A stretch of DNA of 63,207 bases, filler included, from Hyphochytrium catenoides (taxonomy: Eukaryota; Protista; Hyphochytriomycota), in NCBI GenBank assembly GCA_900088475.1. It is 10 parts of 10 records of this genome, joined end to end, with 100 filler letters (N's around TTAATTAATTAA, not from the genome) between each part and the next. Parts side by side here need not be neighbours in the genome. Positions count along the whole stretch, not along the records: positions 20,540 to 28,348 come from FLMG01000728.1; positions 28,449 to 29,762 come from FLMG01003121.1; positions 29,863 to 31,082 come from FLMG01001365.1; positions 31,183 to 55,636 come from FLMG01004423.1; 6 more parts are not named here. One strand, given 5' to 3'. Positions 24,199-36,245 of the stretch are shown piece after piece (within the stretch, counting starts at the first letter, position 1; every line of letters starts with the position of its first letter). A program made the translations under genes and the position numbers. Below the pieces are notes generated by a model. It worked only from the letters and a program-made list of their open reading frames with translations. It did not search any database and had not been told where the DNA came from.

Positions 24199-26159
24199 GG
24201 TAAGGAGACGGAGAGAAGAGAAGAAAGAGGAGGAGCAGTACGCCGGGCGAGAGCGCAAGAGAGAGAAGAGAGAAGGGAGAGAGAAAGACCAAGAGAGGAA
24301 AGAAACTTGAACAAGAAAGTGGAGCGAGCTCAGAATGGTTTCCGCATTTTATCAATCAGAGAGACGGAGAAGAGGAAGACGGAAGCAAGTAGACGAGACA
24401 GAGGAGGGGAGAGAGAGAGAAAAGGTCGCTGAACAGAGAAGGCGCTCTCTTGAGAGGAGGAACAGAGGAGAGAGAGAGACAACCAGAGAGGAAAGAAAGG
24501 AGGGAGAGAGAGAATGAAGGCAACTAGTTAGGCGACCGTAGACCTAGAGGCTAGAGGTGGGGGAAGAGACTAAAGACAGAGAGAAAATGACAGAGATCTC
24601 TCCGTGCGCCACCTAACACTCTTTCTATTCTCTCTTTAGGACAAGAAGTCTGCCAGCGGTGAAGCTCGTCCATTAACCTCTCTTCTCTTCTTCTCTCTCT
24701 TTCCTCCTGCGTCTCAGGGGCATTAGATGTTCCCTGAATAGTCTCAAAGAAGGGGAAGATGAATTTTGCAGCAGTATAGTATGATGCAGCAGGACCAAGA
24801 GAGAAGAGAGTGAGGGACAGACAGAGAGGAAGAGAGAGAACGAGAGGGAGGGAGAGAGAGAGAGAGAAGAGAAGAAAGTTGCCCGCCAGCCGCAGTCTTC
24901 TTCCTACCACGCCGCCGCTACCGTTAAGCTGCCCATCTTGGCGGCGGTGCATGAGAGACCAGAGAAGAAGAGAAGAGGACGCTGAGGAGAGACAGCATCA
25001 ATCACCCGAGCCTTTCTCTCTTTTATGGTTGATCTGCCCTTCTCTTTGCTGGAGGTGATGACATGCTCTTCCTTTGTTTGGCTCTTCTCCGCTTCCTCTC
25101 TTTCTGCTTGTGCTCTCCCGCACGCTCCATTTTCTCTTCTCTCTGCCTCCTTTCCCTCTCATCTGTCTATTGTTTGTCGTCTCTCTCTCTGTTTCTCTCT
25201 GTTTCTCTTCTCTCTCTCTCTTGCTCCCTCTCTCGCCACCCCTCCTCCCTCTCTCTGTTTCTCTCCTCCTCTCTGTTTGTGTCTCTCCTCTTTCTTGTTT
25301 GTCTCTCTCTCTCTCTCTTTCTCTCTCTGTCTCTCTGTCTCGGTCTCCTCTCCCGTCCGTTACACAATGCAAGGCTTCTATTGAAAGAAACATGCTGGAA
25401 AAGCTTGCATTCAGTTTTTCAAGGGTGGTTTTTACAGATAGAGAAGATGAAGGTTTCAAACTCTTGTAACATTGAACCTTTCAATTCCGGCACGAACCAA
25501 AACGGCTATTGGCAAAAGAAGGGGGACCACAGGTCAAGATATGCAAAAGGAGAGAGAGGACAGACTCAGGGAGAGAGAGAGAGAGANNNNNNNNNNNNNN
25601 NNNNNNNNNNNNNNNNNNNNNNNNNNNNNNNNNNNNNNNNNNNNNNNNNNNNNGAGAGAGAGACAGAGAGAGAGAGTGAAAGAGAGAAAAAGAGAGAGAA
25701 GAGAGAGAGAGAGATGGAGAAGCGAGACAGAAAGGTGAGGGAGAAGGAGGGCAAAAGAGAGGAAAAGAGATAAAAAGAGGAGAAAGAAGGAGCGAGAGGT
25801 GAAAAAAAAGGTGGGAGAGAGAGAAGAGAACAAGAGAAAAACAGAAGGAAGGGAATCGAGGTACCTGAGAGCACAAGGCAGACAGAAAGCGAGAGGGAGA
25901 ATAGACAATGATAGAAAGGAAGGAGAAGAGAGAAAAAGGAGCAACCAATCCTGAAGAAGGGAAGAGAGATTGGGTGGGTAGATGGACAGAAGGGCAAAGC
26001 GACGAGGGACAGGAACAGGAACAGAGATAGGGGAAGGAAGCATACCAGCCTTGAAAGCAGACGCCTACCTGTAAGGACCCTTGCTTTCTATAACACCAAG
26101 CAGAACCACTGCCGCCTGGAGCTCAAAAGACACAGGAGAGAGACACAGACAGACAGAGC

Positions 26160-26194
<35 letters not shown>

Positions 26195-27359
26195 GATGCC
26201 ATAGAGAAAGAGAAAGGGAGAGAGAGATCACCTTCTTCCCATCTTGGAGAAGTTGGGGTCAGGTTGGCGGACAGCATTATACTAACGGCGAAGATAAAAA
26301 GCGCAGCAAGAACTTGACCAAGGTGGAGAAGTTCGAGACGCGAGAGGAGGAGCAAGGGAACAGAAAAGAGAAGAAGAGAGAAAGAAGAGAGAGAGGAGAG
26401 TAGGGATGCAATGAAGACGAGAGAAGAATTTGAGGGAGGAAGAGCGTGTTCTCCTCGGTGCTTCCTTGATGATATTGCAGAGAAGCTAACTATTGATTGC
26501 TTACATTCTCCTCTCTCTTCTNNNNNNNNNNNNNNNNNNNNNNNNNNNNNNNNNNNNNNNNNNNAGAGAGAGAGAGAGAGAGAACGGACGAGAGACATCA
26601 CCCTCTTGTTGCAGAGCAAAGAAAAGGCAGCAGCAGCAGTGTTTGTAGAAGGAGAGAAGAACACGGTCGTGCATCTTCTAGAGTCGTTTTCCCCCTCCTC
26701 TTCTCACTCCTCCTCCCCGCTGTCTCTCTTGGAGAGAGAATCAAGCGGTAGAAGAAGATAATCAGAAAAGGGAGAATGACCAACCTAGAAAGAGAGAAAT
26801 AGAGACGTAGAGGATGAGAGGAGGAAGGCTCCGAAGAGAGGAGGACGAGAGAGGGAGAGAGACAGTGAGAACGAAAGAGAGACAGAGAGAGAGGGAGAGA
26901 GGAAAGAAAGAGAGAGAGAAAAGAAAGAGAGAGAGAAAAGAAAGAAAGAAAGGGAGAGAGAAACAGAGACAGGGACAGAGAGACCTAGAGAGAGACAGAG
27001 ACAGAGAGAGGAGACACAGAGAGAGAGAGAGCGCGCGAGAGAGAGAGACGGAGAGGAAAAATCAACTTCCTACTCGTAGGAAGTCTAAACGTTTGTGCTA
27101 AACCCCTAGTTAAAGCCATGATGTTGTTTTAACCTCACCGTATAGCCCCTGTGCTCCCTCTTGGCAATGATTATAATAGGGTCTGCGGATACTAAAGCAC
27201 CTTTTGTCTTACCTATTGTGTAAGCGGCATAGATTTCTGGGTAAGTGAAGAATAGAAGTCGGGTTTAGATTAAAGCAAGTTGATGGTGGTTGAGGTGACA
27301 AATTCGGATCTGTAACCGACAGGAAGTTCGTGCTCAGAAATACATTCTTCACTCTTCTG

Positions 27360-27403
<44 letters not shown>

Positions 27404-27986
27404 TCTTTCTCTTTCTCTCNNNNNNNNNNNNNNNNNNNNNNNNNNNNNNNNNNNNNNNNNNNNNNNNNNNGTACTGGTCAGCTGCGAACCTCCGTCAACG
27501 TCCTGTTACCCGCTGCGCGCGTAGCGTCCCGGTGGTGCATGTCGACTGTCCGATCTCTTCTTCTCCCACCTCTCTCTCTCTTTCTCTCTCTCTCTCTCCT
27601 CCTTTCTTCTTGCCTTAAATGTTTCCCCTGTTCTTCGATCCTCTCTTTCTTCTTGTCTCTTCATCTGTCTCCCTTCTTGTCTTTCCTGCAACAAATGTCT
27701 TCCACCGTGTTTGCACAAGTTCTCCCCTTGAACCTTTCTCTCTTCTCTCTCTTTCTTCACTCTCTCTCACCCAGCAGAACTCTCTTTTTCAGGTCTCCGG
27801 CGGTCTTTTCTTCTTGCTTTCTTCTGCTTCCTGCCTCCCCTGAATGCACTCTTTCTCATTCTCTTCTTCGCTGGAGAGCTGCTCTTCTCTTTTCATCAGT
27901 GGCAACCTCGTCTATTTTAAATTTAAGGCGGCATTCTTGCTCCTCTCCCTTTCTCTTTCTCTTTCTCTTTCTCTTTCTCTTTCTCT

Positions 27987-28048
<62 letters not shown>

Positions 28049-28348
28049 CTTGCGCTCTCTCTCTCTGCCTGACCGTCTTGAGCTCTCTCTATTGTCAGCG
28101 ATTACCGGTGCGAGCTTTCCGTCGGTGTCTCTCTCTCTCTTTCTCCCTCCTCTCCCCTGTCCTCGCCTCTTAGGTTATCTCTCTCTCGTTCTCTCCCTTA
28201 CTCTCTGCTTGTACTCGGAGAGAAGAGTGGCAGGACCTTCTTTGGCCCTGTAATCTCTCTTCTTACTTCTCTCTCTCTCGTACGGGCGGCAACAACTTGG
28301 GCCTAAGGACAGCATACCATATACTTCCTCTCTCCCTCTCTCTCTCTC

Positions 28349-28448
28349 NNNNNNNNNNNNNNNNNNNNNNNNNNNNNNNNNNNNNNNNNNNNTTAATTAA
28401 TTAANNNNNNNNNNNNNNNNNNNNNNNNNNNNNNNNNNNNNNNNNNNN
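28349..28448. other. Artificial scaffold spacer
   Basis: 44 N + TTAATTAATTAA + 44 N. Confidence 0.95.
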
Positions 28449-29237
28449 CGGCCGGCGAAGCACTTGTCGTCGTCGCCCGTTGCGCTTGCTGGAAAAGGGT
28501 GAGAAAGTCATCTTCTGGAATAATCGTGGTTCCTTTCTCCACAGCCTTACGATACTTGGAGCCTTCAGTCACTGAGCGTCCATCATCCAAGAGCTTTCCA
28601 ACCACCAGATACGAGGTCTTACCGCTGACAGCAGAAGTCACTTTCCTGTCAAGAGTCGACATCCACGTTCAGTGTAGGGATCATAGCTCAATAGAAAGGA
28701 AGAAGGATTACCCTCCATGTTCCTTGACTTTGTCCTCTGCTTCTTCTCGGGCTAGTGACTTCAGAACACCAGTAAACACAAAGTTCTGTCCTACAAACGG
28801 GCCGACCGTAACTGGTGGCTTCTTCAGGCTGTTGATGAACCGAGTGAGTGCCTTACGGATCTTCAGCTGGTCTTCGTCTTCCAGCCTTTCAAACCCATGT
28901 ATCTTGTCGACCTTATCCAGCTTTCGAGCTTCACGGTGTTTCCAGAAGCAATCAAAGTGTGTCCAGTTGGCGCTCTTATAGCCTACGGAAGACTCTTGTT
29001 AGTAGAAGCAGTCGAAGTTCTGTCCAGGTGCTACATGAGGATGACCTCATTCTATCAATAGAGAAACCTACCCTCCTGATCTTGGAGCATCAGAGCAATC
29101 CGGAGGTCTCCTTCTGGGATTAGCTCGTGACAAACTCTGCATTTGGATCTTCCAGATCTCGCATATTCAGCTTGCCAATTGAAGCTCGGACGACGGCTAG
29201 CGCTTTCGCCTTCTAGTCGTGGGAAGCGCTTTATCAT
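28449..29237 (-). CDS. PARP-type zinc finger + RFC1/ligase-type BRCT protein, 3' truncated
   Basis: Exons 29237-29072, 28982-28712 and 28645-28449, phase-consistent. AEYARSGRSKCRVC...EGDLRIA...WTHFDCF...IHGFERLEDEDQ is a zf-PARP (CxxC..H..C). GQNFVFTGVLKSLAREEA...GGKVTSAVSGKTSYLVVG...GSKYRKA...IIPEDDF is a BRCT. Confidence 0.92.
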
Positions 29238-29762
29238 GGTCCTGCTAGAAGTACGTAGTAGGCCAATGCCCAGAATAGTGCTGAGAGGAATAGAAAGCCC
29301 AAGATCTAGCTTCTCAGCAACGCAAGCAACGTGCTCGCCACAAAGGGAGTCAGCAAGGAGACTATGAGTTGGCTGGCGTTTTCACTTGTGATGTAAGAAC
29401 TCTAATCTCCACGTTGTCTTCTTTGATGATGATGAATAAGTCAGCTTCTGCTTATGAGGCCGAAGTGAAAGAGTTGTGGTCGGTCAGTCGTTCGCTGCTC
29501 GTGGTCGTCAGCGGAGTGATTCTCCTCTTCATCCATCATCACGGCGGACGCGGAACGCGCTTGCAGAGTTCCAAAGAGGAGGAGGAAGGTCTTTGCTCGT
29601 CATTCCACTGACAAGTGTTTGTCCAATTCTCTTTCGAGTAAGAGCTAATCGGAGTTCGTAGACAAGCCCTACTCGTCCTTCCTCCTCCTCCTCTTAGCTC
29701 TAATGAGCAGAGTGTGTGCATAGAGCGAGCCCTCTCTGCAACCACCACCGAAGGCCAACAAC

Positions 29763-29862
29763 NNNNNNNNNNNNNNNNNNNNNNNNNNNNNNNNNNNNNN
29801 NNNNNNTTAATTAATTAANNNNNNNNNNNNNNNNNNNNNNNNNNNNNNNNNNNNNNNNNNNN
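29763..29862. other. Artificial scaffold spacer
   Basis: 44 N + TTAATTAATTAA + 44 N. Confidence 0.95.
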
Positions 29863-31082
29863 TCTCAACTGGATATAACGTAGACGGGCCAGGCGCCTGA
29901 CCAGCAGACAGAGATCTCAGAGCCGCGATGATTGATACCCCTCTCCCAAAGTAGGAGGAAGCTGTGGTGAATCCGCAAGTGTTGATTTCTCCTCTACTTG
30001 TCTGCAGCGGGGACTGGTAACGGCTGACTCCTTCCAAGGGGGAGTGCTGGGTTGTTCGTACAGTGAGGATGACGATCACCCTATGTGGTACAGGCAAGGG
30101 AGTTGCAGAAGGACCTCCCAAAGCCGGTAGCAGAGCGATTGATAAAGGCCCGCGCCGCCCCAACAATAATTGCCAGCAGTCCCAGGAAGAAAGGTGCAGT
30201 CAAGACGAGACTCTACGAGCGGGGATGTTGTGAGGGCGGAAGAAGCAATATGGGGTAGCTGTAGAAGCTGCTGCTGTCTATACGATGGGTCAGGATTAAG
30301 GCTGCCGGATGGCTAGTATAAGTATCTGCTGAAACCTTCTCCACCTCGGACACAGGCGCCAGATGTCAGATTGCTTTCGGAGAGACAAGTCTTTGAGGAC
30401 GGTATGTATCAAAGCGACAAGATGAGATCTCTCCTGCTGATGACCTCGTCATTTGCATTCGTGTCTCTCTCTTTTGTCTAGCTGTGCCCCTTCTGCTGCT
30501 CTTTTTGATTTTCTCTCTATTTGTTCCTTGCCTGCCCTTCCTGTGTAATCTCTATATTCTTGGTTGTATTATCTGTTTGTGTAGGTGTCTTTTCTGTTCT
30601 TTGCACTCTCCACCCTCGTAAGCTGCCACTTCTCTCTTTTCTCCATGTTGCCCTTCTTGTACCTCTCTCTCTCAAAAGCGCTCTCCTCTCTTCCCTTTCG
30701 CACTTCCCGCTCCTTTTAACGGCTTTTGTCCTGGTCTCACTTGCTTTAGCGCTTTCCAATCTATCCTCAACAAGATTCTATCTTTGTACAATCTGCAGTG
30801 TCGCATCATGGCTTTAGCAGCTGTTTTCCTACGCCGCCTCCGAGATGCTGAGGAGAAAGCTGAGTAAGCCTTTTGCTGCACCAATATTCAGGCCAAGGCT
30901 ACTAGGCGGGGAAACAGAAGAGATCACATCAGACCGCGGATACCGTTCGAGAGCTAAAGCGAGAAGGATGCAATGTATGTGGCTTAATAGGGAGTGCCCC
31001 GTGCCTTTCCTCACGATGCAATCTCGCGACAGTTTCCCCCCGACCCTTTTTCTTATATCCATCACAAACTGCTGCAAAGTTG
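29863..31082 (-). repeat. ~1.2 kb dispersed repeat, copy A (whole mini-scaffold, inverted relative to copies B and C)
   Basis: 31060-31082 is the reverse complement of 32801-32823; 29863-29888 matches the reverse complement of 34937-34962; colinear between. Confidence 0.9.
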
Positions 31083-31182
31083 NNNNNNNNNNNNNNNNNN
31101 NNNNNNNNNNNNNNNNNNNNNNNNNNTTAATTAATTAANNNNNNNNNNNNNNNNNNNNNNNNNNNNNNNNNNNNNNNNNNNN
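31083..31182. other. Artificial scaffold spacer
   Basis: 44 N + TTAATTAATTAA + 44 N. Confidence 0.95.
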
Positions 31183-32800
31183 CCACCCAAAGAGTGCAGA
31201 CACGGAAGACAACAAAAAAAGCAAGTGTTACAACCCTAAGAAGGCAAATGGGACATGGAGGGCCTATCCAGACAAGTGGAGCATGCAACAGCTTACAGAT
31301 TACTTATGAGCCCCCAAGCGATAGAGACACCAAGGGAGATTGAGCTTAGAGGCACCAACAAGAGATCACCAGGAGGAGTGCAAGATTAAGAGGGAGCAAA
31401 TAATGAAAGAAGGAGTGGTGGAGTGCACTGAAGGAGACAAACAAGCATACATATAGATATATATATAGATGGAGAGAAAGAGAGAGAGGCATCTTAAGAA
31501 AGAGAGGCACGTGGTGAGACCTGGTGAGGCGGAAAGCGATGGTTCATATACCTCCTATTACAGGGTAGAACTAGACAAAGTTAAGGAGTGTAGAGAGCGA
31601 ACAGGAGGGGGCACTGAGGGAAAGACGAAAGACCGGGAAGAAATGGGAGGCAAGGAAAGGAGAAAGGAAAGAGCGAGAAAGAGGGAAAGACAGACAGACG
31701 ATACAACAAGAGAGAGGGTCCTGGTCAAGGCGATGGGAGGCGAGTCAACCTGAGGAGAAAAATCTTTACTCTCCTTCTCTACATCTTCACTGTACCTGAT
31801 CAAAGTTCCCAGGGAGCGCAACCCAAATCTGACATGAATCTCGTGCTTGGCTCTATGTCAACCAATCATAAAGAAGAAGAGTTGAGTTAGGAAGAGTATG
31901 CGTGATGCCATTTCGAAAGCGGTTGGGAGAGTAGTAGCGAGAGGGAGAGGATAGGAAGGTTCATGACTGAGGAGGGAAAAGGTCGGTGACATTGAACGAG
32001 GAGGGAGAGAGCGTGCAAAGAAGAATAAAGGAGGAGAAATAAAGCGAGAAAACGAGGAGAAAAGAAAGTAAGCGAGATTTGGACTGCTGAGAGAGAGAGA
32101 GAGAGAGAGAGAATCAGAAGACAGGACGAGAGACAGACACACGGGAGAAAGGAGGGAGTGAAGAGAAACCTGACGACCTTTTGCAGAGGTAGATATCGAT
32201 GATGTCTGGAGCTTTGTCTAGATGTAAATGTAACAAAGAGACTTGATGATTGATGATGATTATGCGTCAATTGACTGAATGACTGTGTCTCCCTTAGTGC
32301 TCTGCCTATCAATCTGCGAACAGCGACAGAAAGAGAAAATAACTAGGTAGGGGAAAGAGAAGCAAGAAGAAGGCCTGCTGGAGGAGGAAGAGTAAGAAGA
32401 AAGGCAGTAATGGTGAAGAGAGATAAGAAGAGAGAAAGAGGAAAGACCCGGCACTAGATAGAGAATCGGCTAGGTAAGTCCGAAAAGGGAAGGCAGAGGG
32501 CCAATTTGAAGAGGAACGAGAGATTTAGGTAACATAGGGAGAAGAGAAAGAGAGTCAAAGCAAGATAGCAAGGCGGAACGGAAGAGGCAGGAGGCAAATC
32601 TGGAGAAAAGGAGATGATTGATCAGTATGAAGGCGCTTCGTCTTGAGAAGTTAATTCAGACTTAACTCCAGATCCCTCTTTGTTGCGCCCTCCACCTCCG
32701 CTGTCAACGAAAAAACCAAACTTGGCGGTGACTCGAGCCTAGCCTGCCACCTGGAACTTGTGGCTGCCTAAGATGATGAAAGTTGAAAATGGGCGGCACT

Positions 32801-33700
32801 CAACTTTGCAGCAGTTTGTGATGCACATGGGGAAAGGCTGGGGGAGGGGGGGGGAGGGGATTTTAGCGAAAGTGCATCGTGAGGAAAGGCACGGAGTACT
32901 CCCTTAAAAGCTCCATACATTGCATCCCTCTCGCTTTAGCTAGCTCACAAACGTTATCCGCGGTCTGAAGTGATCTCTTCTATTTCCCCGCGCTAGTGGT
33001 CCTGGCCTGAATTTTTGTACAAGATAGAACCTTGTTAAGGATACGTTGGAAAGCGCTAAAGCAAATGAGACCAGGACAACAAAAGCCGTAAAAAGGAGGG
33101 AGCCGAAATAAGGAAAAGGAAGAGAGGAGAGGTTTAGAGAGAGAGAGAGAGAGAGGTACAAGAAGGCCAAGAAGGAGAAGAGAGGAGAGTGGCAGCTCCG
33201 GAAGGTGGAGAATCAAATAACAGAGACAATTACACAAGCAGATAAGACAACCGAGGATATTAGAGACTGCAGAAGAATGATGAGCAAGAGACAAATAGAT
33301 AGGAAGTCAAGAAGAAGAGCAGCAGAAGGGGCACAGAGAGATAAAAGAGAAAAACCAACTTAAATGACGTAGATCACCAGCAAGAGAGTGTTCATCGTGT
33401 CGCTTTAACTTACATCATATCGTCCTCAAACACTTGCCCCTCCGACAGCAATCTGACATCTGGCCCCTGTGTCCGAGGTGGAGAACTAACTCAGCAGATG
33501 AGTATATCAACCATCTGGGCACCTCTTGGCTCTGACTCATCATACAGGACAGCAGCTTCTCCAGCTACCTCATAATGCTTTTACTCTCCCATCATCATCC
33601 CCGCTCGTAGAGTCTCGACTGACTGCACTTTTCTTTTCTGGAGTACCGGCAATTATTGGGGCGGCTGGGCGTCGGACCTTTATTATCGCTGCCGCTACGG
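32801..33700 (+). repeat. Dispersed repeat, copy B (internal deletion, 3' truncated)
   Basis: Shares GTGAGGAAAGGCACGG, TATCCGCGGTCTGA, GCAGCAGAAGGGGCACAG and GCAATCTGACATCTGGC with copies A and C. Lacks ~95 bp near 33018. Confidence 0.9.
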
Positions 33701-33764
33701 GGTCGGGCAGTCGCTGTGATATCATCTGCTGAGCAACTAACTCACCTGCACAGAAAAACAAAGT

Positions 33765-34962
33765 GTTGCGGGGAGTTTGTAGCGAAATTGCATGGTGAGG
33801 AAAGGCACGGAGCACTCCCTAATAAGCCACATGCCTTGCATCTCTCTCGGTTTTGCTCTCAAAACAACGTTATCCGCGGTCTGATGTGATCTCTTCTGTT
33901 TCCCCGCCTAGTAATCCTGGCCTGATATTTGTGCAGCAAAAGGCTTACTCAGGTTTGTCCTCAGCCCCTCGGAGGCGACGTAGCAAAACAGCTGCTAAAG
34001 CCATGATGCGATACCGCATATTGTACAAAGATAGAACCTTGTTGGGGAGAGAGTGGAAAGTGCAAAAGCAAGCGAGACAGGAAAAAAGCCATAGAAAGGA
34101 GCGAAAAGAGGGAAAGGGAAGAGAGGAGAGCTTTAGAAGAGAGAGGTAGTACAAGAAGCGCAAGATGGAGAAGAGAGAAGAGTAGCAGCTACGAGGGTGG
34201 AGAACTCAAAGAACAGAGACACCTATACAAACAGATAAGACAACCGAGAATTTTTTGAGACTCAGAAGATTGATGAGCAAGAGGCAAATAGAGAGGAAAT
34301 CAAGAAGAGCAGCAGAAGGGGCACAGAGAGATCAAAGAGAGAGAGACGAATGCAGATGACGTAGCTCATCAGCAAGAGAGTGTTCATCGTGTCGCTTTGA
34401 TACACATCGTCCTCAAAGACTTGCTCCTCTGACAGCAATCTGACATCTGGCCGCTGTTGCTGTCTCCGAGGTGGAGAAGTAACTCAGCAGATGATGGGTA
34501 CACCAGCCATCAGGGCAACTCTGACTCTGACTCATCATACAGCAGACAGCAGCTTCTACAGCTACCCCATCCCATCATCCCAGCTCGTAGAGTCTCGTCT
34601 GAGTGCACCTTTCTTTGGAAGTGCCGGCAATCATTAGTGGGGCGGCGGGCCTTTATCGCCGCTGCCGCGCTGCTGCTACCACCTTGGCAAGACTCGGTGC
34701 AGCTCCCTCACCTATAAAGGAGGACAAAAAGGACTCATCACGCAGGCACAACCCCAGCACTCCCCTGCTGGAAGGAATCAACCGTTACCAGTCCCAACTG
34801 CAGACAAGGAGAGGGGACTCAACAATGCAGAATAATCATCACAGCTTCCTTCTTCTTTTTTCAGGCTTTCTTTGAGGCTGCTAGTATTGGCCTCTTCTGA
34901 GATCTCTGTCTGCTGGTCAGGCGCCGCCCTCCCTGCCCCGTCTACTTTATATCCAGTTGAGA
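33765..34962 (+). repeat. Dispersed repeat, copy C (tandem to B)
   Basis: Same conserved blocks in the same order as B and as the reverse complement of A. Confidence 0.9.
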
Positions 34963-35762
34963 AGAAACCACTGCTCAGCCTGTCCCTACTTGTAGAAGGT
35001 CGAGGCCGCTGGGAGCAAGGTGCACAGGATAAAGGCGTTCGGCCACTCTCGCCGCGCTAAACAGCACGACCATCATCTCCCGCCTTTTATCGACAAGTAA
35101 CCGTTAGCGGGAGAATAGGTGGCGAAGAAGGCACATACGTAAGAAAAAAGAGAACAAGGTAGGAAGGCGGGTAACAAGTACAGGCAGATTGATCCAGCAA
35201 CTTTCCTCCCTCATCACACCGTCGCTCCCTGTCCTGCTCATGCAAGCTCCTTCTCTTATAAAACTTAACTTGGTGGTGACAGCCAGTTCTAGTCCCTCCT
35301 TTCTGCTGCCTTATGATCGCGAATAAACAGAAGAGATGAGAGAAGAGAGGGAGGACGGAGTTGTAGGGTTGATAGTTGATGACGACAGGAGCGGGAAGCA
35401 TGTCGTCATCTCCCACAGAAAGGCATCAAAAACAACTACTTTTAGCCCATAATACCGCGTCTTCTTCTCCTTCACCTCCTACCTCCTGTTCCTTTTGAGC
35501 AGCGTCCTTCGGCAACAAACAGTCAAGGTCTGTTCCTGTTGTTGTTCCCTCTCATCACCTATTCTTTGCCTGCTGTCACAACGGTCGTCGCGATGCTCTC
35601 TGCTCCTGAATGAGATGGGCAGTATCAAAAACTGCCCATCTCATCATTCAAAAAGTTTCCAACAAGCGATCGAAGCGGCGGCTCCATCAAGACCAACAGC
35701 AGCTTCCTGACAGCACCTTACTGCCCAATATACTACCCAGACGCTAGACCACAGAAGCAAAG

Positions 35763-36245
35763 ATGGTCGTGACACAGATTAGTATTGTTTACATTCCAGT
35801 GTCAGACCTTCACCGGTCCATAAAATTCTACGAACAGGCCTTGGGTATGAAGGTCGCTCAGGATGTCACTTTCAATATTTCCTGCCCGGAAGCTCCTCCT
35901 GGTATGCAAGGGAAAGATGCACGCTGGGTTGAGCTTACAACTTCTTCTACCAACGAACAAAGCGCCAGGGTGGGTCTGACCAACATCCCTCCTCGAGGAC
36001 CATTGCCGGGAAAGCTTGTGGATGTCGTATTCTTTGGCTGTGATGACTTGGAGGCGGACTATGGCAAACTAAAGGCAAACGGGTTCGAGGTCTCCAAGCC
36101 TGAGACCATGCCTGGAGGACTCTTCAGCAGCCTGAAGGACCCAGACGGCAACGTTGTTTGGCTCCACCAGAACGGTAGCGATAAGGACCCCAAGTACAAT
36201 ACACTTCTCAAAGGTGGTCAGCTGTGGGAGTCCACTACTGCTTAA
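35763..36245 (+). CDS. VOC / glyoxalase / bleomycin-resistance family protein, paralog 1 (160 aa, intronless)
   Basis: IPVSDLHRSIKFYEQALGMKV, RWVEL, DDLEADYGKLKANG, LKDPDGNVVWLHQ. Confidence 0.95.
   Translation: MVVTQISIVYIPVSDLHRSIKFYEQALGMKVAQDVTFNISCPEAPPGMQGKDARWVELTTSSTNEQSARVGLTNIPPRGPLPGKLVDVVFFGCDDLEADYGKLKANGFEVSKPETMPGGLFSSLKDPDGNVVWLHQNGSDKDPKYNTLLKGGQLWESTTA

Noticed and set aside
24551-26790. Multi-exon membrane protein on the minus strand
   Set aside because: Some splice-like sites and hydrophobic stretches, but no consistent phase model or recognisable domain.
30430-30470. Hammerhead ribozyme at CTGATGA in the repeat family
   Set aside because: No stem II followed by GAAA, and the motif is not conserved in copy B.
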